Below, one piece after another: positions 6,504 through 12,568 of a stretch of DNA of 12,568 bases. Within the stretch, counting starts at the first letter, position 1. Every line of letters begins with the position of its first letter. The notes beneath the pieces are model-generated. The model was not told the DNA's origin. It saw nothing but the letters and a program-made list of their open reading frames with translations, and searched no databases. Both the position numbers and the translations under genes were made by a program. This DNA is from a virus (Duplodnaviria > Heunggongvirae > Uroviricota > Caudoviricetes), in IMG/VR virus record IMGVR_UViG_2740892115_000002. One strand, given 5' to 3'.

Positions 6504-8258
6504 TTATAAAAACGCGTCGCACTCGTCTGTTGTTATTGCGTTAGTCTGCGTTACCCCCTTAACTTTCCGCGTAATATATTCATGTCCGTAAACTTTTGCG
6601 GCAGGCTTCATAGCCTTTCCAAAGTCATTTACGTTTAGCGGTTTGCTCCTGCCTGCGTATGCCATAAACGCCAGATAGACGCGGTAAAGGCTGTTCCTGG
6701 TCGTGTACTTCACTGAATCGCCACCGCCCCCCATCATCAGGCCGCGCGCTTCCTCCAGAAAATTCAGGAACTGGCAAAACTCAATAACCGGATCCGTCTG
6801 TTGCTTTATTGCCAGTGCTTCATCACCGTCACGCTGTTCCAGTAGTAAAGCCCGTGCCTTCTCAGGGTCGGTAAAGTTCGCCAGCAATCGGCGGATAATG
6901 ACAGGGATTTCAGCCGCGATCTTTTCCGGTAGCTCCCTGTCTTTTTCGGCCTCACTGACGATATTGTCGAAACGGAAAATCACGCGACGACGTGCCACAC
7001 CTCCGGCCCGTTCGGTGAATATCATCGGGTTATTGTTGGTCGCCAGCACCACCGCCCTGATTACAGCCGTGAAACGCTTTTCGTATTTCGGGTTAATTTC
7101 CACGGGGTCACCGCCCGTGATTTTCTTGATGCCCGTTCCTTCGCCTGTATATTTCGGCTGGTCAGCCAGGACGATAAGACGACTCCCGACAACCTGCGCA
7201 CGTCCACCAGCATCATCAAGCGATGTCATTTCAGCGCTTACCGTGTTCTGTTTCCCTGCCAGAAGGCTGGCTATGTGCGTGAATGTACTTTTACCGCTCC
7301 CGCCGTCTCCGGTGGCCTCAATAAACATCTGCCAGTCGTACCGGTTCGCCATAATCATGTACAGCGCGGCACATATACGCATCATCTTGCGCGGGTCTTT
7401 TCCGGCTGCGTGCTCAAGCCATTTATGAAAGTTTGGCGCGTTATCGCGGATGTTCTCCCCTGGTGCTGGTGGCGTGTACTCAATGCCGTTGTGCGTGGTG
7501 ATCCAGTTCTCCGGCGTGTGCGGGGAAAATCCCCCCGTTTTCAGGTCAAGCGCACCATTGGCGAACGGCAGCAAATCGCCGGACGGCTCGCCCATTGGTT
7601 CGGCAATAACTTTTAACGCTTCCACGGCGTTATTGATTACGCGCTTGCTGAAAGTGGCCCTGTGCTCTGAATAGATCGCCACCATTTCGCGGCTAAGTTC
7701 CATTGTGCTGACCGGACACCATACCCCGCCGCGCCATACGTGAACGATTTCACTTTCAGGATGTACGCAAACGCCATCAAAGCGATCGGCAAGCAGCTGC
7801 GCGCGCTCACTGTCCGCCATCTGCGAAAGTTGCGCCTTTTGCTTTACCGGAAGCTCAATGACCAGACCATCAGAAAGATTCTGGCGCTCACGGGCCAGAT
7901 ATTCGCGCCAGTTCTCCACCTTCTGACCGTGCATACCATCAGGGTAAAAATTTGCATCCTGTACGCCTGCCGCCGCCAGCTTCTGGCCAATCGCCTTTAT
8001 CATTACTGGCGCAAGATATCCGGCCCTGAATATGCGCACGGATTTTCTGCCTTCCGGCACAATTTGCAGCTTATCCAGTTCTGATAACTGCTGCTCCCCA
8101 AGCCACACAGGAGGCTCATTATCTCCGGCCATACGCGCATCATGTTCCTGCCATTGTTTCGCGTGTGCCCAGGCATCACTACCCGCAAAAATAATGACTT
8201 CTGTTCCTTTGTGTTTTATGCCGCGTGACTGCTGTTTTACGTTCGGTGCCAGTTTCAT
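6504..8258 (-). CDS. Replication initiator, P4 alpha / D5-family primase-helicase-like (584 aa)
   Basis: Walker A motif GDGGSGKST and downstream D5/P4-type helicase-like blocks. Size and position (upstream of iterons) fit a pri-rep gene. AGGGG Shine-Dalgarno-like sequence; start overlaps the upstream ORF stop (ATGA). Confidence 0.8.
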   Translation of the reverse strand: MKLAPNVKQQSRGIKHKGTEVIIFAGSDAWAHAKQWQEHDARMAGDNEPPVWLGEQQLSELDKLQIVPEGRKSVRIFRAGYLAPVMIKAIGQKLAAAGVQDANFYPDGMHGQKVENWREYLARERQNLSDGLVIELPVKQKAQLSQMADSERAQLLADRFDGVCVHPESEIVHVWRGGVWCPVSTMELSREMVAIYSEHRATFSKRVINNAVEALKVIAEPMGEPSGDLLPFANGALDLKTGGFSPHTPENWITTHNGIEYTPPAPGENIRDNAPNFHKWLEHAAGKDPRKMMRICAALYMIMANRYDWQMFIEATGDGGSGKSTFTHIASLLAGKQNTVSAEMTSLDDAGGRAQVVGSRLIVLADQPKYTGEGTGIKKITGGDPVEINPKYEKRFTAVIRAVVLATNNNPMIFTERAGGVARRRVIFRFDNIVSEAEKDRELPEKIAAEIPVIIRRLLANFTDPEKARALLLEQRDGDEALAIKQQTDPVIEFCQFLNFLEEARGLMMGGGGDSVKYTTRNSLYRVYLAFMAYAGRSKPLNVNDFGKAMKPAAKVYGHEYITRKVKGVTQTNAITTDECDAFL

Positions 8259-8554
8259 TTTTTACCCCTGAATCCTTTAATCATGGTTTTCATCTTCTGA
8301 ATATTGGCGCGTGCTTTCTCCCTGCTGGTGGGCACGTTACGCGGTACGGCCTGCACAAGAGAAAAATCACGGTCGAACTGATAAACAGGCATCACGCAAT
8401 CATATTCGTAGCCTTCACGACGGTAGGTTACGCGCCGTTCCTCCACGCCCTTAATCATTACCGTGCCGCCGTACTTATCGCGGTAAATATCACCGCGCAT
8501 GAATTTAGTGCGAGTTTTGCCACTGGCAGTTAAGCCAGAATATTTAAGTTTCAT
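8255..8554 (-). CDS. Hypothetical 99-aa basic protein, translationally coupled to the primase gene
   Basis: ORF ending in an ATGA overlap with the primase start. Lys/Arg-rich. No family recognised. Confidence 0.55.
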   Translation of the reverse strand: MKLKYSGLTASGKTRTKFMRGDIYRDKYGGTVMIKGVEERRVTYRREGYEYDCVMPVYQFDRDFSLVQAVPRNVPTSREKARANIQKMKTMIKGFRGKK

Positions 8555-8559
8555 TATTT

Positions 8560-8793
8560 TTATTCTCCGGTGTGGGGCGCTTTATACTGGTCGTGTAATG
8601 TCTCTATTTCCTGCAACTCATTTATTACAGGCTCAAGAAGCGTTATTAATGCCGTGACAATCCTTGATTTCTGTTTATCACGTTCATTATCTCCAAGCGT
8701 TTCAAGACATATGCGCAATATTTCCAACATATTTTCACTGTGAGAAAGTGCAAGAAATGCGCGGTCTATTGTTTCGTGGTAAATATCACGCAT
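8560..8793 (-). CDS. Hypothetical 77-aa protein
   Basis: Tightly packed same-strand ORF in the operon upstream of the primase gene. Confidence 0.5.
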   Translation of the reverse strand: MRDIYHETIDRAFLALSHSENMLEILRICLETLGDNERDKQKSRIVTALITLLEPVINELQEIETLHDQYKAPHTGE

Positions 8794-8794
8794 A

Positions 8795-9229
8795 TTAATC
8801 CCCGTCCGTCGTTTTTCTTAAAATAACCTCTGTCACGAAATCAGCATAATCGGCGGCGATATTCAGTACATCAAGCCCCGTTGATTTATATTCTCTCGTG
8901 GAAAGTAAGAAAAAATCCGCTCTAATAAGCTCTGGCATTGACGAAAGCGCATCAGCCGCATCATCAGGAACGCCGGAAAATTCCTGTTTCAGGGAATTAA
9001 AACGATCATCACGCATAACCCCCCCATTTTCACAATCAGCAACAAGAATATTTTTAGCGTCATTCAGCGACCGCGTTGCGATGTATCGGATACATTCCAG
9101 GGCGAACTGTGTCCGGTCTTTCTGTTCTTCTCCCTGCGCAAGCTCTGCCGTGCATTCAATATCAATAAGCGCGTGCATCAGCGTAGTGAGTGCGGCGGCG
9201 GCTGCGTCCGGTGTGGTTTTATTGCACAT
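8795..9229 (-). CDS. Hypothetical 144-aa protein (the ORF extends to 9283, but a GGAGGGG Shine-Dalgarno-like sequence favours the ATG at 9229)
   Basis: ggaggggtacATGtgc context at 9229. This start overlaps the stop of the upstream 76-aa ORF by about 11 nt. Confidence 0.5.
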   Translation of the reverse strand: MCNKTTPDAAAAALTTLMHALIDIECTAELAQGEEQKDRTQFALECIRYIATRSLNDAKNILVADCENGGVMRDDRFNSLKQEFSGVPDDAADALSSMPELIRADFFLLSTREYKSTGLDVLNIAADYADFVTEVILRKTTDGD

Positions 9230-9449
9230 GTACCCCTCCGCATTTTTTTTCGTTAGAAATAAGCGTTCTTCTTTCCTGTTCATCGCTCAGGAATACGCAG
9301 ACCTCACCGCTAAGGCGTTTAAGTAAGCCGATGATTGCCCCTGATTCGCTGTCGGTCATCATGCCAGGGTAATCCTCTGCCAGTGCGCAAATAACTTCGA
9401 TTTGGTGGGCGCGTTCTGCTGCCTGTTGTAGTGTGATTTCCTGGCTCAT
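9219..9449 (-). CDS. Hypothetical 76-aa protein
   Basis: ORF whose start overlaps the stop of the upstream frame (ATGA at 9446-9449), part of the tightly coupled operon. Confidence 0.5.
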   Translation of the reverse strand: MSQEITLQQAAERAHQIEVICALAEDYPGMMTDSESGAIIGLLKRLSGEVCVFLSDEQERRTLISNEKKCGGVHVQ

Positions 9450-10732
9450 AAGCCTACCCCCTGACGAATACGGGCAGCAAATACCATCACGCAGCCAGCC
9501 GGAGATTGCTGGCGTGCTTCCTGTTCGCTGGTGGCCTCAATGGTAATCACGCGCGGTTGTGCCGTGCTCAGGGCGATAAAACGCCAGATGTATTTATTCA
9601 GGTTGTGCGAGTCCCGCCCTTGCGGGTGTGTGGTATGATTTAACATAGCTACCTCGATACTTTCGCTATCGTTGGTGGTTAGAAGCCCTGCGAGTGGTAA
9701 CGACACTTGCGGGGCTTTGCATTTATGCACCTTGATAATCTCAAGGTGTGGCCCACTATATGCTTTAGGTGTGGCCCACGTCAAGGGTTTTATTTGTGCT
9801 TTTTCTGTGTATACTGTCCCCCACCAATCCAACAGAGGAATAGAAATGGCAACGGGTACAACAAACGCAAAATCACAAGCTCTAAAGGCTCGTGTACCAC
9901 ACGAAATAGTAAACGCCATGGAATCAGTGAAAGAATCAGGCGAAAGCACATCACAATTCATCATTGCGTCAATGCAAGGCGAGATCAAACGCCGCCAGCG
10001 CCGCAAGGCCAAAGAGCAGGAGTAACCATCACCAGCGCCGTGGTGTGAGTAACTACGGCGCATTGCTATGCAGGACAACACAATGACCGATAAAGAATTG
10101 ACCAAAACATTATCACCGGCACGGAAAAGACGGCGCAGAAAGATAGAGCATGAATCAGAAAGATTCGCGCCATGTGCTTTTGCCCTTGAGCAATTCCTTA
10201 AAGAGTACAGGGAAAAGCGCTCATTGCAGGTATGGCAACGAACTGAACCTGACTGATTGCATTGCCCACCAGCCGCAAATGTGGCATTGTTGGCAATGCT
10301 CATGCGTTGGGGATAACGTGTAGCTTGTGTCGAGGGGCCACCGTAGCGGGTGGCCTTTGTTTTGCCCGTTATTCGGCAATTGTGGCGCTTCTCCACATGG
10401 TTGATATAATCCCACTGCTCAGATTCATTTTTTGCGCAGTAGGTTAATTGTTCACAAAGGCGCTCCGGCAACGGGGCGCTTTTTGTTTTTATTAGTTTGT
10501 AGAAACCTGACTCAGAGATAATGCTCATATTCTGATTGCCGTCAGGGGTGTAAGTTAAATTTACTCCCTTTTTATCATCAAACATCTGCAACGCTCTGGC
10601 GTTAACAATATTGGTTTCACTCCCGCCAGTAAGGCCGGAAATAACCGGAATAATTTCGGCAAAATTTTGCAGATTCTGTTTTTCAGGACGAACGAAGCCC
10701 CGCCCTTGTTCGGGAGAATATCCAGTATTCAT
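9446..10732 (-). CDS. Uncertain 428-aa open frame; likely a real N-terminal domain (about 115 aa from 10732) and/or a short C-terminal gene (possible start 9643, 66 aa), with the middle unlikely to be coding
   Basis: The N-terminal part has normal protein-like composition (NLTYTPDGNQNMSIISESGFYKLI, faintly like phage antirepressor N-domains). The central part is Cys/Arg/Ser-rich and antisense to two plus-strand small ORFs with good Shine-Dalgarno-like sequences. No in-frame stop until 9446. Confidence 0.3.
   Translation of the reverse strand: MNTGYSPEQGRGFVRPEKQNLQNFAEIIPVISGLTGGSETNIVNARALQMFDDKKGVNLTYTPDGNQNMSIISESGFYKLIKTKSAPLPERLCEQLTYCAKNESEQWDYINHVEKRHNCRITGKTKATRYGGPSTQATRYPQRMSIANNATFAAGGQCNQSGSVRCHTCNERFSLYSLRNCSRAKAHGANLSDSCSIFLRRLFRAGDNVLVNSLSVIVLSCIAMRRSYSHHGAGDGYSCSLALRRWRRLISPCIDAMMNCDVLSPDSFTDSMAFTISCGTRAFRACDFAFVVPVAISIPLLDWWGTVYTEKAQIKPLTWATPKAYSGPHLEIIKVHKCKAPQVSLPLAGLLTTNDSESIEVAMLNHTTHPQGRDSHNLNKYIWRFIALSTAQPRVITIEATSEQEARQQSPAGCVMVFAARIRQGVGL
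9744..9779. promoter_or_regulatory. Divergent control region with two direct 13-bp repeats AGGTGTGGCCCAC (9744-9756, 9767-9779)
   Basis: Repeats 23 bp apart in the intergenic region between the minus-strand small-ORF operon and the plus-strand RHH-like gene. A TATACT -10-like hexamer at 9811-9816 lies upstream of the plus-strand ATG at 9846. Confidence 0.5.
9846..10025 (+). CDS. Small ribbon-helix-helix-like DNA-binding protein (59 aa), candidate island repressor or regulator
   Basis: AGAGGAA Shine-Dalgarno-like sequence 5 nt upstream of the ATG. Sequence pattern of a beta-strand followed by two helices (KSQALKARVPHEIVNAMESVKE...STSQFIIASMQ) and a basic tail RRQRRKAKEQE. Family assignment is by pattern only. 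Confidence 0.5.
   Translation: MATGTTNAKSQALKARVPHEIVNAMESVKESGESTSQFIIASMQGEIKRRQRRKAKEQE
10083..10256 (+). CDS. Possible small basic protein (57 aa from the ATG at 10083; the ORF is open from 10068)
   Basis: AGGA 7 nt upstream of the ATG at 10083. Contains an RKRRRRK stretch. Weak support. Confidence 0.3.
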   Translation: MTDKELTKTLSPARKRRRRKIEHESERFAPCAFALEQFLKEYREKRSLQVWQRTEPD

Positions 10733-10784
10733 GGTTAGATCTCTGTATTAGTGGATGGGTGGCGGCTGTGTGCCGCCAGCCTGA

Positions 10785-10973
10785 TTAGTGAACTGCCTCG
10801 CAGCTGTCCTTCCATGCCAGAACTTCGGATAAAGACCAGCCAACGGAACGACCGCCCAGCTTACGCCGTGATGGGAATTGTCCGGCTTTTTCCAGGCGGT
10901 ACCGACATGAGCGGCTCAGGCCTGTAAGTTGCTGACATTCTTTTTCACGTATAAAGCGATCTGTGCTTAACAC
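10785..10973 (-). CDS. alpA: AlpA-family (phage Xis/MerR-like) transcriptional regulator, 62 aa
   Basis: Matches the AlpA pattern as recalled: LTGLSRSCRYRLEKAGQFPSRRKLGGRSVGWSLSEVLAW versus AlpA TG..R.TIY......FP....LG.KSVGW...EI..W. Position next to the integrase is typical. Confidence 0.75.
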   Translation of the reverse strand: MLSTDRFIREKECQQLTGLSRSCRYRLEKAGQFPSRRKLGGRSVGWSLSEVLAWKDSCEAVH

Positions 10974-11254
10974 AATTCCCCCTTTGTTGTTTCTTAAAGA
11001 GTCATTGGGTGGATTATTGGGTTGGGTTGTGTCGGATTGTGTCAGGGTGTTTGTGGAATGGCAAACACTGGCGGCGGTCGTTTTACAGAAGCAGGGGAAA
11101 TGAGAATAAAAACTCTTTTAATTCATTATGATGCAAAGGCATAAAATTTTACTTTTACGCCTTTTTTACATATTTTTAAGAGTGATTCGCCAGTGTATAA
11201 AAAAACAGTACACCTATAAAAATCAAATGGTTATTACGATGGCTGATTTTTAAC

Positions 11255-11313
11255 CCGTTGTTCCATTTTGTTCCTTGTTGTTCGTCGTTGTGTCTCGTTG
11301 TTTCACGTTGTCC
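11255..11313. repeat. Six tandem copies of a CGTTGT-containing unit at about 10-bp periodicity, directly 3' of the integrase gene
   Basis: ccgttgttcc / ttttgttcc / ttgttgttcg / tcgttgtgtc / tcgttgtttc / acgttgtcc, with units starting near 11256, 11267, 11277, 11286, 11296 and 11306. A related GT-rich set (ggttgtgtc, gattgtgtc) lies at about 11025-11055 near the alpA 5' region. Confidence 0.6.
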
Positions 11314-11338
11314 GCATCCTGAAAAATCGCAAAAAAAA

Positions 11339-12568
11339 TTATATTTCTCTGGCTATTGGCAATGTGGTTACGTTTTCATGTGTTCCCGCCAGTATCCCTA
11401 ACCGCTCCGTCCACATATCCAGCGCGTCACGTTTCGCATCCAGATAACGGGAATGGTTATAGACTCGTTGCATCCCTGGCATCTGATGACCTGTAAGCTG
11501 CTCCACGACGTGAGGATCCACGCCTAAATCGTTCAGCATCGTTGTAAAGGTGCGCCGGATGTCATGCAGTGACCAGTGAGGGTGTTTTAGCCTCCTGTGC
11601 GCTAATCTGCCGTACTGCGACACGCTTGTTTCCTGTTTCACTTCCCCCAGCAATAAGCCCGTGTGCCTGTTCTGCTCCACCAGCTGCGTGACGAACGGCA
11701 GTATTGCTTCCGGTATGGGCCGGAATATTGCCACCTTCGTTTTGCTGTGTTCTTTCGGCACGGTCCAGAGCATTTCGGTAAAATCCCACTCGCTGATCTC
11801 CGATAACCTCAGTTCTACCGTCCGGCATCCGAAAACAATCAGGAGGCGGATTAGTGCGACGTAGTAAGGGGAAAATATTTTTTTGTCCAGTGCCTGCAAT
11901 AATTCGCCAAGTTCTTTGGTGCTTAAGACGCGCTCGCTTATATCCGGTTTTTTCCCAACGTCCGCCACACTCATATCATCAAGAACGTTGCTGATTGCAT
12001 AGCGCCGCCTCCGGCAGAACTTAAGCGCCTGTTTGCACGTCTGTAGCAAGAATCCGGCAGTAACAGGCGTTCGCTTTGCCACCTGGTCAAAACAGGCCAG
12101 CCAGTGCCGTAGCTCGCATTTATCCAGCGGCATAGCACCAATGTGCTGTATTACGTGATTATTAAGGCGCTTTTTCAGGGCGGCATAATCCACGCGGTTT
12201 TCCTTTGCGTACGACTCAAGCCAGTAGGTGAGCGCATCGCCAACCGTTACCGGCTTTAACGCTTCCTGTACGGTGTAATTCATTTCATGACGTGGATTTT
12301 TCCCCTCTGCCAGCCATGCGCGACACTGGGCGGCTTTTTCCCTGGCTGATTTCAGGCTCAGATCAGGATAATTTCCCAGCTTAATGCGTTCCGGTGGTGC
12401 CCCCCTTCCCGTTCCGGCCCTGTAAGTGAAATACCAGGTTAAAAGGCCACTGGTTGAATGCCTGACGCTCAGGTTTCCACCGTCATTAAGAAAGGCTGTT
12501 TTTTGGGCGGGTGTGCCGTTGATTTTCCTCAGCTGTGTATCGCTCAGTTTGTTAAGTGCTCTGCTCAT
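11339..12568 (-). CDS. int: Tyrosine recombinase, P4-type integrase (409 aa; start codon at the window edge)
   Basis: N-terminal arm-binding-like region typical of P4-family integrases (DGGNLSV...W.F.YR......R..LG.YP..SLKSAREKA...AWLAEGKNP). C-terminal catalytic region includes HDIRRTF and HxxR...Y (RVYNHSRY). The start lies on the last base of the window, so an upstream in-frame start cannot be excluded. Confidence 0.9.
   Translation of the reverse strand: MSRALNKLSDTQLRKINGTPAQKTAFLNDGGNLSVRHSTSGLLTWYFTYRAGTGRGAPPERIKLGNYPDLSLKSAREKAAQCRAWLAEGKNPRHEMNYTVQEALKPVTVGDALTYWLESYAKENRVDYAALKKRLNNHVIQHIGAMPLDKCELRHWLACFDQVAKRTPVTAGFLLQTCKQALKFCRRRRYAISNVLDDMSVADVGKKPDISERVLSTKELGELLQALDKKIFSPYYVALIRLLIVFGCRTVELRLSEISEWDFTEMLWTVPKEHSKTKVAIFRPIPEAILPFVTQLVEQNRHTGLLLGEVKQETSVSQYGRLAHRRLKHPHWSLHDIRRTFTTMLNDLGVDPHVVEQLTGHQMPGMQRVYNHSRYLDAKRDALDMWTERLGILAGTHENVTTLPIAREI

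Larger units (their letters stand above)
1462..12568. mobile_element. Phage-satellite-like chromosomal island (P4/PICI-type) inserted downstream of phoQ; right end beyond window, left boundary uncertain
   Basis: Gene content and order: P4-family integrase at the edge, AlpA-family regulator, primase-helicase with iterons immediately 3', SSB, lambda-like capsid and decoration genes, cos-like sequences. No att core repeat can be confirmed because the integrase-proximal junction lies outside the window. Confidence 0.7.

Noticed and set aside
6703-8271. Several plus-strand ORFs (up to 241 aa) overlapping the primase-helicase gene
   Set aside because: Antisense to a long gene with clear NTPase motifs. 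Translations are Ser/Arg/Pro-rich and low-complexity.
10262-10447. 61-aa plus-strand ORF
   Set aside because: Cys/Gly-rich, no Shine-Dalgarno-like sequence, and antisense to the protein-like N-terminal part of the minus-strand frame.
11562-11864. Short ORFs on both strands inside the integrase gene
   Set aside because: Embedded in a well-supported integrase ORF; shadow frames.

Overview
The window opens with a complete phoQ (1..1461, +). Everything downstream looks like a roughly 11 kb phage-satellite island of the P4/PICI type, oriented leftward and running off the right edge. Read from the right edge it carries a P4-family tyrosine integrase, an AlpA-family regulator, a divergent switch region with a small ribbon-helix-helix-like gene, an operon of five small overlapping ORFs feeding into a P4/D5-type primase-helicase, an iteron origin just 3' of that gene, and a small ORF plus SSB. 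It continues with a four-gene late-type operon that includes clear homologues of the lambda major capsid protein gpE and decoration protein gpD, but no portal, protease or terminase. The most unusual feature is a non-coding segment at 2441..3038 bounded by a perfect 47-bp inverted repeat. Each arm matches the lambda cosN cohesive-end sequence as I remember it, and each is followed inward by a different set of short repeats arranged like cosB R sites. I read this as two convergent cos sites. The left 660 bp after phoQ is ORF-free but dense in direct repeats and palindromes. All protein and cos assignments come from my own reading and recall of family sequences; no searches were run.
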